Positions 41,415 through 53,181 of a DNA stretch of 64,000 bases are shown here, in pieces. How positions within the stretch are numbered: the first letter of the stretch is position 1; each line of letters opens with the position of its first letter. Made by a program: the position numbers and the translations under genes. The stretch comes from Naegleria gruberi (taxonomy: Eukaryota), in assembly GCA_000004985.1 (NCBI GenBank), contig GG738896.1. The stretch is one strand, 5' to 3'. The notes below the pieces were generated by a model, which ran no database searches, had not been told where the DNA came from, and was given only the letters and a program-made list of their open reading frames with translations.

Positions 41415-44042
41415 ATGATAGTAACAATATATCAATTTCTAATCAAAATTAAATTGAAGAATTGGCATCGAGAAGTAAAACAAGCCTTTAAAAAAATGAG
41501 AAGAGGAATTAACACACTTTCCAAACTTTCTTCGAAGAGTTTGACAAGACAACAATCTTTGATTGCTAGATTTTTGGTGGAGCAATGTAGAATGTTTTCT
41601 TCATCGGGAGTGAAACTCTCAGAAGGTATTACAACAACACCATACCTTCCGAGAGCATCAATTGAAGAGCAATTTTTCAAAGTTTTTGCTAAAAAGAAGG
41701 ATTTGCCTGAAAGTACTGATGATGGAAAGGTTGTTGCACCAGCTGAGAAATTATCTGGAGTTTTGATTTTAGGACCAAAAGGATCTGGAAAGACAACGTT
41801 TTTAAGCAAAACGATTAGAAAAGTTAGAGAACAAGATAGTAATATTTTGGAAAACGATGGTGTACACACCATAGTAATTGATTTGGGAAGTATCAAATCA
41901 TGGATTCAAACATATTCTACAACAAACAAATTCCAAAAAGCATCAAGCATTTATTTAATTAACACTCTTACAAATCAATTGGAAAAAGAATACGAAAGAT
42001 TTAAGAAGAAACATGAAATTATGTTAAAGAATGAAAAAGTTGAACCAAGTACTACTGTCACATCATCAAATCAAGAGCAAAAACCAATAGAAAATGAACT
42101 CACCACCACAGAAGAGGAAGAGCATCACGAGACTGGACTGAAGGCTGTTGTTCAAGTTCTTGAAGCTTGGGTTGAATATTTACAAGAAGTGAGAAATGTT
42201 CAAGAAGAACTCTCAGAAAAGGATATTTCCGTAGCTCTTGCCAAGTTCATGAATTTATTAGCTCAAAATTCCTTCTCAAAGACTGTTATTTTCTGTGATG
42301 ATTACCAAGAAATGTTTGAACATCCACAAACAAATAAGGCCTATTTTACCATGTTCCCATTCATTGAAATTTTGAAACTCCCAGATAATATTGAATTCGT
42401 TTACGCTTGCGAAGAAAAAACAAATCTTTTCAAATATACAAATACATATCGTGGAAAATCGGAAAAGCATAATTTGATTAACTTCGGAAGACTTAGTAAT
42501 GAGGATGTAGACTTATTCTTGGAAAATTATAAGAAAACCAATGAGAATCCTTTATTGGAACATCCAGAAGAAATCAAAAGACTTACCAACAACTTTATCG
42601 GAGACATTGTGCACCTTCTTAATAATTATAGATCATTTGAGGATTACATTAGAGACTCTAAACAAAATTATCAACACAAGTTAGTTAAGTCAATTTTCGA
42701 AGAAAAGCTTGGTAACGTGAGAAAAGTTATAGCTTTCCAAAAGCAAAAGGATCAATTAGAATCAGGAGAATTTGCCAATATCACCATCGAAGACAAACCA
42801 TTTACTATTGGTGATATTACATTTAATAACCAAGAAGAAGTTACCATGTGTATGGATAGCAGTAGACTTAATTTTTACAATAATGCATTCGATTGGTACC
42901 TTTCTAGAAATGATTACTCTGAGAAATACAACTCTTCTCTCATGGAATCAACCTTACTGGATACAAATATTTGGTATAGAATTTCTTCGAAAAATGGAAC
43001 CAAGTACAAGTTCAGAAATTCGATGGCCGAATCTGTTTTCAAGCAAAATTTGGCAAATCACTTGTATGCCACAAAGTTCAACCTTCACTCTACTAGATCA
43101 GAAAGGATAATGTCTTTGTGGTTGGCCAAGACACCTTTCCCAAAGAAGAGAAATGCATTGATTTTGGAACTTCTTGCTCGTCTTTTGGAGGATCAATCCC
43201 AAATTATTGGAAAAGTAGAATATAGAGCTGGTAAGAAGCTAGAAATTTTGAAAGAAAAATTGAAGCAAAGAATCAAGCCAAAGACTGAAATTGATGCATT
43301 GCTTGAACAAGAGCCAAAGTTAGACATGAAGGGTTTGTCTGTTTGTTTGAATCAACCTAGTCCTCTCATTTCATTCTTCGGTAGAGATCTTTCTGACTTC
43401 TCCAAGGGGTCTCTGATATCTATTAAGCCTGGATCACCTCCATTCAATGTAAATATTCATGAGGTTTCTTCAGACAGTCAAGTTGCCGAAGCTCTCAAAT
43501 CCATTTGTGAAAAAGACTTATTGGATGACATTCATATTGTTTATCCAAAGTATAGTTTGTATAATGACATTGATGTTGTCATTGCAACAAAGGGTGAATC
43601 TGGTCTCGATGTATTTACAATAAGAATTGTTGAAGGAAATGGATTTGGTAAGAAACCAGTTGACTTCCAAGATACTTCCAATGTTAAGAATTATATTTCT
43701 GTTGTCAATAGTTTGAAATCAAATAATTTTGAATCTGTGAATCATCATTTTGCTCTCTTTGCTTTGGAAAAGACTCACACCAACGTAAAGAATTACAAAC
43801 TGTACATTCCAGAAGATTTGGCATCATTATTGCCTAAAGTAACAATCTCATATGTGGAAGATTACTTTACAGAAGATACTGAAAGAATTTCGCAATACTC
43901 CGAATATCTTCAACAATTAGAGGAAGAACTCAAACAAGAGGAGAATGATGAATTGAACTTTGGTGATACTAATACTGTTGAAGCAATGATGTCCCAAATG
44001 GGTCACAAGAATTTGCCATGGTACGATAAGGTTGACATGTAA
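41415..44042 (+). CDS. uncharacterised P-loop NTPase with a presequence-like N-terminus
   Basis: 875-aa ORF. Walker A LILGPKGSGKTTFLSKT. The likely true start is Met at about 41497 (MRRGINTLSKLSSKSLTRQQ...). Confidence 0.5.
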   Translation: MIVTIYQFLIKIKLKNWHREVKQAFKKMRRGINTLSKLSSKSLTRQQSLIARFLVEQCRMFSSSGVKLSEGITTTPYLPRASIEEQFFKVFAKKKDLPESTDDGKVVAPAEKLSGVLILGPKGSGKTTFLSKTIRKVREQDSNILENDGVHTIVIDLGSIKSWIQTYSTTNKFQKASSIYLINTLTNQLEKEYERFKKKHEIMLKNEKVEPSTTVTSSNQEQKPIENELTTTEEEEHHETGLKAVVQVLEAWVEYLQEVRNVQEELSEKDISVALAKFMNLLAQNSFSKTVIFCDDYQEMFEHPQTNKAYFTMFPFIEILKLPDNIEFVYACEEKTNLFKYTNTYRGKSEKHNLINFGRLSNEDVDLFLENYKKTNENPLLEHPEEIKRLTNNFIGDIVHLLNNYRSFEDYIRDSKQNYQHKLVKSIFEEKLGNVRKVIAFQKQKDQLESGEFANITIEDKPFTIGDITFNNQEEVTMCMDSSRLNFYNNAFDWYLSRNDYSEKYNSSLMESTLLDTNIWYRISSKNGTKYKFRNSMAESVFKQNLANHLYATKFNLHSTRSERIMSLWLAKTPFPKKRNALILELLARLLEDQSQIIGKVEYRAGKKLEILKEKLKQRIKPKTEIDALLEQEPKLDMKGLSVCLNQPSPLISFFGRDLSDFSKGSLISIKPGSPPFNVNIHEVSSDSQVAEALKSICEKDLLDDIHIVYPKYSLYNDIDVVIATKGESGLDVFTIRIVEGNGFGKKPVDFQDTSNVKNYISVVNSLKSNNFESVNHHFALFALEKTHTNVKNYKLYIPEDLASLLPKVTISYVEDYFTEDTERISQYSEYLQQLEEELKQEENDELNFGDTNTVEAMMSQMGHKNLPWYDKVDM

Positions 44043-44362
44043 TAAAGATTTAGACTTCTAACATTAATCATGATGAATTTTGCCCAAATATTCTTGTGAG
44101 CAAAAATGACAATAGATTGGCTGTAACTGGGCAAGGATAATAATTTTCCCCTTCCTTAATATTATCATTGTAAAATTTATATCAAAACGACGTTCAGCAA
44201 AATTACATTTTCAAATTGGACAATATTCCAATTATAATAAACTCACCAAAATTGTTCTCTACAAACATTTGGCTTGCCAAGGAAAAAACCTCAAAAAAAT
44301 CCTCCCAACTCTCGACTTGGCTTTAATTATCTGTTAACTTGTGTTGTTGTGTGATCATCTAG

Positions 44363-44370
44363 TATATAAG
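44363..44370 (+). promoter_or_regulatory. TATA-like element (TATATAAG) about 55 bp upstream of the glucokinase ATG
   Basis: Sequence agTATATAAGcc seen directly at this position. Confidence 0.3.
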
Positions 44371-44422
44371 CCAATCAAATAGTCTTTAATTCGGAACAAT
44401 AATAACATTGTAATATTATAAT

Positions 44423-45864
44423 TTGAAAATGATTTCATCATCAAGTAGAGGAAGTTTGAGTAGTGTTAGTAGCAATGATACTACACATCAACCATTTGTT
44501 GTGGATGAGGACTTTTTAAAGGATATTGAAAAGCATTATAGTAAATCATTGAAGAGTAAATCTTTCCAATATATTGTTGGTGTTGATGTAGGTGCAACTA
44601 ATACAAGAATTGCCATCCAATTTATTGTTAATGATGAGGATGATGAAGTATTCATGACTAAATTCCCATGTAATACTGCTACCAACTTGGCAGAACATCT
44701 TACATTTTATGGTAAAGCTTTGGTTAAAATTGTTAAACAAGGAAGTGCTGCTGGTACTATTGCTCTTGCAGGTCCAGTTACTGGAGAAAAGGTTAGAATT
44801 ACAAACTACAAGGAAAATGATCAGGAATTTTACTATTCTCAACTCACTGATACTCTCTTCCCTGCTCATAAGAATACCTTGTTGAATGATCTTGAAGCCA
44901 GTTGTTATGGTATTATTAATGTTGGCACCAATAATCGTCTCCATGAATTCTTCTGTCCATATGATAGTGCTAATAATTTTGCAACACCACAAACAGTAAG
45001 ACTTTCCGATACTAGTGAATGTGAGTAGTAGTTTAATCTCAATTATTATTGAATCATTAATTTATTCATTAGATGCTGTTTTGGCTATGGGAACTGGTTT
45101 GGGAACTGGATTGATTGTTGGAGCTTCTGGAGGTAAATTTAATGTTATTCCATTGGAAGCTGGTCACGTTCATGTTGCTACTCCTGGTACTAATTCATGT
45201 GATTTCCACGAAGATCGTGAAAGAATTGAATTCCTTAGTCAAAAGATTTATAGTGGTATTTACCCAATTGAATATGAGGATATTTGTAGTGGAAGAGGTT
45301 TGGAATATTGTTATGAATTTGAAATTAGAAATATTCCCAATGCTCAAAGAAAGAATGCTGCTCAAAGTATGTGTTTATTATTATCAATTTTTGTAATAAT
45401 TTAATTATGAATATTTTTTAAAAGTTGCTGAATCTTACTCAACTGATGTACATTCAAGAGATGCCATGATTACACACTATCGTTACTTGATGCAAGCTGC
45501 TCAAAATATTGCTATTTTGATTCCAACTTGTCGTGGTGTCTTCCTTGCTGGTGACAATCAAGTATACAATGAAGATTTCTTTAAGGAACACATTAATATC
45601 CTCCAAAAGGAACTCTTCATAACTCACCAAAAGAAAAACTGGTTGACAGACTTGAAACCATACAGACAAATGAAGGAATATAACTTTAATGTTAAGGGTT
45701 GTCTTCAAAAGGCTAAGGAACTAGCCCATCTTGATGTTACTCATGTCACTACCAATACCTCTCCAGCTAAGAACAGCTTTAAGGATGCTCTTTCTGTTGT
45801 TATACCAGCTGCCTTCTTCTCTGTACTTTCCTTCTTCACTGCTAAGAATATGTATGAAAAGTAA
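44423..45864 (+). CDS. GLK: bacterial-type glucokinase (Glk family); join(44423..45020,45073..45366,45425..45864)
   Basis: N-terminal ATP-binding motif [15 protein letters not shown] (compare bacterial Glk LVGDIGGTNARFAL), [20 protein letters not shown] and C-terminal GVFLAGDN. Introns with GTGAGT..CATTAG and GTATGT..AAAAG. Total 1332 nt, in frame. Confidence 0.85.
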
Positions 45865-45866
45865 AT

Positions 45867-46373
45867 CTATTTTACACTTTTTTCTGACTCGGATTTCTCA
45901 GCTTCTTGTTCATCTATCGTCTTGATTAGTAAGGACCTATCATGTTCAAAGAGAAGCACCAAAAGCACTGTTCTTCCAAGGCAATACAGAACACCAAGCA
46001 CAAATATCACTAAAAACATAGCAAAAGCCACAAAGAAACCAGTGGATGTAGTAAAAACAAAGGAATCATCAGTCTTGATTATCTTTGCTGCCTTCTCTGT
46101 AACTCTCTGCCAAACATGAAGCACTAGGAAAACTATGGAACCAATCAGAGAAATTAATGATATAAATACAGAAAAGCCAATATGCGCAAAGAAGTTTTTC
46201 CTCTCTCTCTTGATCTTATCCAAAGTATGCTCTTCTTGAATTTCATAATCATCAACTTCCTCAATTTCCACCGGGGCTAAACTACCCTTCCTTCCTCTAT
46301 TTCCAACTTTAATTTCTATTACATCATTTGATGAGTCTTGAGAGGAACGCACCATTGAGATTTTCTTCGTCAT
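45867..46373 (-). CDS. hypothetical 2-TM membrane protein
   Basis: 168-aa ORF with two hydrophobic helices (FSVFISLISLIGSIVFLVL; FFVAFAMFLVIFVLGVLYCL). Confidence 0.3.
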   Translation of the reverse strand: MTKKISMVRSSQDSSNDVIEIKVGNRGRKGSLAPVEIEEVDDYEIQEEHTLDKIKRERKNFFAHIGFSVFISLISLIGSIVFLVLHVWQRVTEKAAKIIKTDDSFVFTTSTGFFVAFAMFLVIFVLGVLYCLGRTVLLVLLFEHDRSLLIKTIDEQEAEKSESEKSVK

Positions 46374-46809
46374 CTTGTTGGTTTAAAAAGTTTATAACAA
46401 AAAGGTGGTTGTATGTTGTCCTTTTTTCTTTATCTTTGAAAAACAACGAACACACAATATTTGACTATTGTTGAGAGAGATACATTAAGTTGGAACAAAA
46501 GGGGGATTTAAGGCTCCAACAAGTGAAAAAAACAATAGATTGTTAATGAGCATCATGGTCCCAATTAAGGTACCAAGCTTATTTATCTGGATAATACCTT
46601 GAACTGAAAAGATTCTTAGTTAGATGCATCAAGAAACAAAGTTTTGAGCGATCAACAACATTGTATGTTACTTGTTTTGGGTATTGTAAAAGCGATTTTC
46701 TTTGGCTGTTTTCTTACGTTATTCTCCTTTAAAACAATATCTTTTATTGATTTATTATTATATTCTAATACAAGATCAAATATTGATAGAAATGTTTCAA
46801 TCCTCCATC

Positions 46810-48768
46810 TCAATTAACTCCTGTTGATTTAAACCCATCTTTATGGTAAAAGATTCCCATTGATTCTACAGTTTCCTTGAGAGAATGGTGACGTCCAGTA
46901 TATCCCACATAAATTTCATTCAAATTATGAAAACTTGACAGAAAGTTCAAAATCTTTGCTTCTGAATATTCGTTAAAATTGTTCGGTTCCAATTTGAGAG
47001 ATTTCAGTTTTGTTAATTTTTCCATCACCCAATACAGACCTATATGTGATATTTTATCTTCATCGATAATTATCAGGTTCCTAAGCTTTCTTCCTAGTGA
47101 GCTATTGGCTAGGAGTTTCAAATCAGAATCTATCAAACCAACTCTTTTCAAAGTGAGAGATTTCAAGTTGATTAAATTAGAGCTTTCAAAAAGATTAGAT
47201 ATTCCTGTACCTTCTTCCGAAGTAATATTATTTTCTATAACCATTTCTTCAAGAGAATTGAGATTTTCACTCAGTGAGATGATATTCAAATCTATAGGTT
47301 TCAATTTACAGTTTAAAAAAGATAGATATTTCAATGATTTAGAATTATTTCCAGAAAATAACACTTCCAATCCTTCTTTTCCCATCTGAATATCGTTCAA
47401 TTCCAAACGTTGAATGTGAACTAGAAAAGAACAATCTTTCAATTCAGAAAAGTCGATCTTTGTAGTTTCTGATTGTAAAACAAGTTTTTTCAATCTGCAA
47501 AACTTTGGGTGAGATAACAGCTTAAAGAAATCATCTTTAACATCACACGCTACGCAGTCTATAGTTTCTAAACCCCTAATTGCTGATGAAAAAGCAATTG
47601 ATTTTAAAAGGTTGGTCTCAAATCTTCCATACAGACCTCTAACGTTACTAAAATTAGAGCTCATGAGATGTTGAGAGCACTCCTCGTTCTCTGATAGGCT
47701 CCTCAAATTCAAGCACAATCTGCTCAGATTTCTAATACTATTACTCATTGAAAGAGCTTTTAACCCATCAGACTTCATAAACATGTTAAGGTAAAAGATA
47801 TTCTGAATATCTTCTAATTCTTCTAAGTATTCTGATTGACTCAACGTAAGTGCAACACTATTCAAGTTATGTGCACAGCAAAAACGTTTCAATTTCCTAA
47901 AACTGGGGCTTTCAATAAAGTGTTTGAACTCGCCAATTTCTAAACTGGTCAAGTTTTTGATATACTTTCCATTACCTAAATGTTTCAAAGCTTCAGAGGA
48001 GAATTTCCCACCATTCTCAAGCAAATTCAAATCAGTTAAATGTTGAAAATTTTCAGAGTTAGCCATCAATTTAATATCCTCATCCCCAGCAGAACCAATG
48101 TCGTCAATGATATGAAGAGTTTCTAACTTGGTAATGAATGCACTTTTACACAATGCTTCCATTCCATCCGAATTGATAACACTTCCCAGCCATATCAATT
48201 TTTTCAGATTGGAAAAGTATTTACATTTGGAAATTTCACACATTAACTGATTTGAAGTATCATCAGCAGAACCACTATATTCCAACTCTAAAGATTTCAC
48301 CTTTTCCATTTCAGGAAATTTAGTAATCTTTAAATAATTCTCATCAAATTTATCTCTTAGGACGAGTGAAATTTCTTGTACATTCTTGAATATTTTGATA
48401 AATGATTGAAGATAATTAATCGAATAGCATGTCACATCAATTTCTTTTACCTTTGAAAAACATTGACAAGTGGCAAATTTATGAACATCTTGCTTGGCAA
48501 AGAGAGAATTAATTTTCACAAATTTAATACTACTGAGGAGGGGAACATGTTCTCTCTCATAAATTTCCCTATCACTAAATATTCTTCTCAAGTTACCACT
48601 TTCTAATTCTATCGGATAGTTTATCAAAGAAATTGCCAAATCACTCACACTTCTCCACTGCTTGCAAACAAGAGAATAACTATTAACAATTTCATGAAAA
48701 TCTGCAAAATTTTGAAGCAAATAACAAAGCAAATCATTGATAATAAAAGGTGGTGAAGATGAAGCCAT
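46810..48768 (-). CDS. F-box-like / LRR protein
   Basis: 652-aa ORF. N-terminal F-box-like motif (FIINDLLCYLLQNFADFHEIVNSYSLVCKQWRSV). Leu-rich repeats throughout. Confidence 0.5.
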   Translation of the reverse strand: MASSSPPFIINDLLCYLLQNFADFHEIVNSYSLVCKQWRSVSDLAISLINYPIELESGNLRRIFSDREIYEREHVPLLSSIKFVKINSLFAKQDVHKFATCQCFSKVKEIDVTCYSINYLQSFIKIFKNVQEISLVLRDKFDENYLKITKFPEMEKVKSLELEYSGSADDTSNQLMCEISKCKYFSNLKKLIWLGSVINSDGMEALCKSAFITKLETLHIIDDIGSAGDEDIKLMANSENFQHLTDLNLLENGGKFSSEALKHLGNGKYIKNLTSLEIGEFKHFIESPSFRKLKRFCCAHNLNSVALTLSQSEYLEELEDIQNIFYLNMFMKSDGLKALSMSNSIRNLSRLCLNLRSLSENEECSQHLMSSNFSNVRGLYGRFETNLLKSIAFSSAIRGLETIDCVACDVKDDFFKLLSHPKFCRLKKLVLQSETTKIDFSELKDCSFLVHIQRLELNDIQMGKEGLEVLFSGNNSKSLKYLSFLNCKLKPIDLNIISLSENLNSLEEMVIENNITSEEGTGISNLFESSNLINLKSLTLKRVGLIDSDLKLLANSSLGRKLRNLIIIDEDKISHIGLYWVMEKLTKLKSLKLEPNNFNEYSEAKILNFLSSFHNLNEIYVGYTGRHHSLKETVESMGIFYHKDGFKSTGVN

Positions 48769-49705
48769 TTTTTTGAGATAAAATCCGATTGACCAGATTT
48801 ACAAAATGACCTGAATGAAGTGAATAATCTGACACTATTCACCGTCATTGAATGGGAATTGTTGTACAACCAGTAATTAACATCACAAAACACTGAGGCT
48901 GTTCGAATGGAAAGAGTTCATCGTTTTCATCATCCAACCTAAAAGATAAGAAATTGAGTCGTAGCGTGGCAACCTATTGAAGACATGTTTCAATTCTTGC
49001 AAAATTGAAAGAATTTCCATATCCAAACTGCTAGCCCAACCTGGCAACATTTATGTTTCGCCACCTTCTGGAGGAGAAGTTAACTATTTAATAACAGTTT
49101 CTCATAAAAGCACTGTAACTGTTTCAGAAATTAAGAAATCTGGTATACAATTTTGTGACCCAAGGAATAACAGCTAACAATTAATAGGTTTTGAAAGATA
49201 GTTGGATCTTGTTTATTTCTACTGTTTCTTGCAGTTTCTATTGGAATGGTAACTTTTGTTGTAAAGAGAAACCAGCAACAGAAATCTCATCAAACATACG
49301 AATTGTAAATAGTAAACAACCAGATTCATTGCTTTTAACACCACTTTACATTTTCATTATCCATCATCCACCTTCTAATTGACAAGAGTTCGAGCGCCTA
49401 ATTTTTTGAATCCATTCCTTACTGTAAATTTGATTTTGGTGATGAGATTATGAAAAGCTTGCTCAACTGTAGTGGCATGAACAGAGAATACTAAAAGATT
49501 ATTCCACAGTTTCGTTCATTTCTATGGAACAAATCTCAAATTCTCAAGAAGGAAGTTTTCATTCAAGCACCGACTGATGAATCAACGACAGGCACACGAT
49601 ACTCCAACGGTTTCTTTGAGTTTTATTAATAAAAAACAAATAGCACCACATTCGCTCTCTGCCATCGAGTAAAACAAATCATCCGTTAAAATATTTACAA
49701 AAAAA

Positions 49706-50469
<764 letters not shown>

Positions 50470-50544
50470 TATAACCACATAATAAGCATTAATCAATGTT
50501 TAGTTTCACTAACTTATATGTAAATAATCAGTAAATTAGAAAGT

Positions 50545-52590
50545 TTATTCCTCATCTATTTCATCATCAAAATAAGGAACATCTAGCCCTAAATGTTGTA
50601 AAAGAACTGAGGTTGGTCCATATTCTGATCCTTGAGCTTGTAAGGATCTGAGAAGATTCTTCATCACATTAGCATCTGTAATTTCCGATCTTTGTTGAGT
50701 GTCACCGAATTGATATAATTCATCATCCATTTTTTGCATTAGGTCTTCCATTTCTGGATCAATTGTTTCTTCGTCTTCCCAATCGTCATCATCATTTTCG
50801 TTATCGTCAATGTCCTCATCTTCGTCTACTTCCTCTTCTATGTTAAACTTTTCTATCAACTCCTCAATAGGATATTTCCCAAATGTTTCCTTAAGAAAAT
50901 TGTCTAAACGAGATTGATCGTTTGGTGCAGTTGATGATGAGGATATGAATGACCAATCATCCTTACTTGTCTTATGTTTTGATTTGGTTTTTACACCTCC
51001 AATATTTGATTCTTCCTCCTCAATAAATGATTTCACTTTATCCATCATATCTTTGGCTTTCTTTTCTATATCTTGTTCTCCTTCTCCACTTTCTGAAAAT
51101 CCCTTCTGAGAGAAATACTTCTCCATCTCTTCATTGGCAGAGTCAAGCCAATCATCAGTGTCAACTATTAACTTTCTCTGTTTGATTTCTTTCATTGACA
51201 AGGTAGAACCTTCCATTAAAGCTTGCTCAATGAAATAACAATTTGCTGTCTTTCCAAACTCATCATAGTATGTTTTTGATTTGGTCACAAGATTATTGAA
51301 CTTATCAGTGCCACTCATTTCCAAACCAAAGTATCCATGATCGTAGAGATGATCCACATAATCTTCAAAGGAATCAAAAATATCGATTGGTTTTTCCGCA
51401 TGATAGTACATTTCCAGTCCACATAATATCTTGAACCCAAGTTCGTATGCTTTTTCTTGTTTGTCTGTTCTCTTATTGCTAGGTCTGTAGATTGAAGCAA
51501 GTTTTGGAACATCATTCACGTCTATTCTACTCGATATTAATTGTACATATTGACATCTATTTACATTGACAGAATAGTATGTGAAATAATCTCTTAGTGA
51601 ACCATTATCTGATGATGGCTCAGTTGGTAAAAATCTCGAAAATGATTTTAGGAATTTCTCAGTGACAGTGTTTTTACGTGTCAAGTAATAAATACACTTG
51701 GATACAATCTGAGGGTGCTTATCGAGAAGTCTAATCACATCTAAAGGAAGGTAACAAGCTATTTTTTGAGAACCAAACTCTACTGCTTCCTTTGGGAATG
51801 AAGAAAGTCGAGTTGAAATGCAATTTTGAATAGAGTCTTCACTTTGACAGTATTTGGATTCTCTGAAAACCATTTCTACTGCCTTGTGGATATTTTGTAT
51901 TGGTTTGCTAATTGGAAATACTTCATAATATGAATAGGAAGGAGTTTCTGGCTGGTCAGGCAGAATATGTAATTTTCCATTATAAATAAAAACTCTATTG
52001 GTTGTCAATTCGGGTTCGTCATTCATCCATTCTGCAATGTAATCAGCTGCTTCAATTAGAAGGAATTCACCATCTTGGTCAGAAATTTGTACCACTACTT
52101 GATCTTTGAAATTCTTAGAGAGCTCAACAAGAAGATAGGTAATGAACCATTCATCAATGTTGGTCTCTGAAAAATTAACTCTTCCACAAATGTATGGATA
52201 AACAGGTTGATTATTTCTGAGAAACATTTCCTCGGTGCAATCTTCTAATTGCTCTGGAGGAGAAACAAATGTAATATTGAACATATCACCTTGCCAAACA
52301 TAATTTTCGGGAATTCTTTCTTTGAGGAAGTTATGAATCTCGCATGATTTCTCAAAGAATAATTCTTCATTAAAATCTTCAATCGTTTTTGTTTCATCCT
52401 TAAATCTTGATGTCAATTCTGGTTGTACAATAAATATTCTATATGATACAAAGTCATGTGTAAAGTTTTCAGAATTTTTCTGGAACAGATTCTTCAATAC
52501 TTGGTCAATTGGTAGATTTGGATCATAGCAAAACGAATCCTTATTATTCTTAGACTTGGTCTTTTTCTTATTTGTTTTAGGTTTTCTCAT
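50545..52590 (-). CDS. ECD: ecdysoneless (ECD) / SGT1-family protein
   Basis: 681-aa ORF. Segment NIDEWFITYLLVELSKNFKDQVVVQISDQDGEFLLIEAADYIAEWMNDEPELTTNRVFIY matches the conserved ECD core (..DEWFIVYVIK..DNDGEFLLIEAADFLPKWL...NRVFF). Acidic D/E tail and a C-terminal GPTSVLLQHLGLDVP-like motif. Confidence 0.8.
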   Translation of the reverse strand: MRKPKTNKKKTKSKNNKDSFCYDPNLPIDQVLKNLFQKNSENFTHDFVSYRIFIVQPELTSRFKDETKTIEDFNEELFFEKSCEIHNFLKERIPENYVWQGDMFNITFVSPPEQLEDCTEEMFLRNNQPVYPYICGRVNFSETNIDEWFITYLLVELSKNFKDQVVVQISDQDGEFLLIEAADYIAEWMNDEPELTTNRVFIYNGKLHILPDQPETPSYSYYEVFPISKPIQNIHKAVEMVFRESKYCQSEDSIQNCISTRLSSFPKEAVEFGSQKIACYLPLDVIRLLDKHPQIVSKCIYYLTRKNTVTEKFLKSFSRFLPTEPSSDNGSLRDYFTYYSVNVNRCQYVQLISSRIDVNDVPKLASIYRPSNKRTDKQEKAYELGFKILCGLEMYYHAEKPIDIFDSFEDYVDHLYDHGYFGLEMSGTDKFNNLVTKSKTYYDEFGKTANCYFIEQALMEGSTLSMKEIKQRKLIVDTDDWLDSANEEMEKYFSQKGFSESGEGEQDIEKKAKDMMDKVKSFIEEEESNIGGVKTKSKHKTSKDDWSFISSSSTAPNDQSRLDNFLKETFGKYPIEELIEKFNIEEEVDEDEDIDDNENDDDDWEDEETIDPEMEDLMQKMDDELYQFGDTQQRSEITDANVMKNLLRSLQAQGSEYGPTSVLLQHLGLDVPYFDDEIDEE

Positions 52591-53181
52591 TTGAATAAGT
52601 TTTTAATAGTTAAAATGTAGAAATAGGTAAAAAGTGACAATAATCTCGAGTATGGAAATATATATTTCAATCTAATAATATCCAATAAAGTTAAAATAGT
52701 ATTTTCTCTATTATTCGTATTGGTTTTAATTTGTTTTTCCAAAGCGTCTTTAAATCTTAAAGTATGATAATCAATTCTATCCTGTTCAAACCAATTCGAA
52801 ACCTTATTTATCTCCTCCAAAGCAGTCTGAGTGGTAACAAATTTACGATAGGTATTATTCTTTCTAAATTCCGAATCAGCACCTGATGATTTAATTAGTG
52901 ATGAGTCGTTTGTAAATTCAATATTGGCCATAAAATCCAATGTAATTAATCCGATGATGATGATTGATTTTAAAACAACAACAGCAACACCAATAAATAG
53001 CCTTTGATGATTTTTTTTGAATTTTTTAAATAAACATTTTTGTTTTTTAATATTGAACATGAACTAATTTCATCTTGAAGGAGATGTTTCGGAATGACAA
53101 TAAATGTTAAATAAACACAAAGGACATTATTTTCTAAATATTAAATTAAATAAATAATTTAAATATTAAAATTAAAAAAAA

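Noticed and set aside
52587-53060. 157-aa minus-strand ORF immediately upstream of ECD
   Set aside because: Low-complexity with no domain. Its stop overlaps the ECD start, and a eukaryotic polycistron is unlikely. It is treated as 5'-UTR or promoter sequence (retained only as a possible uORF note).
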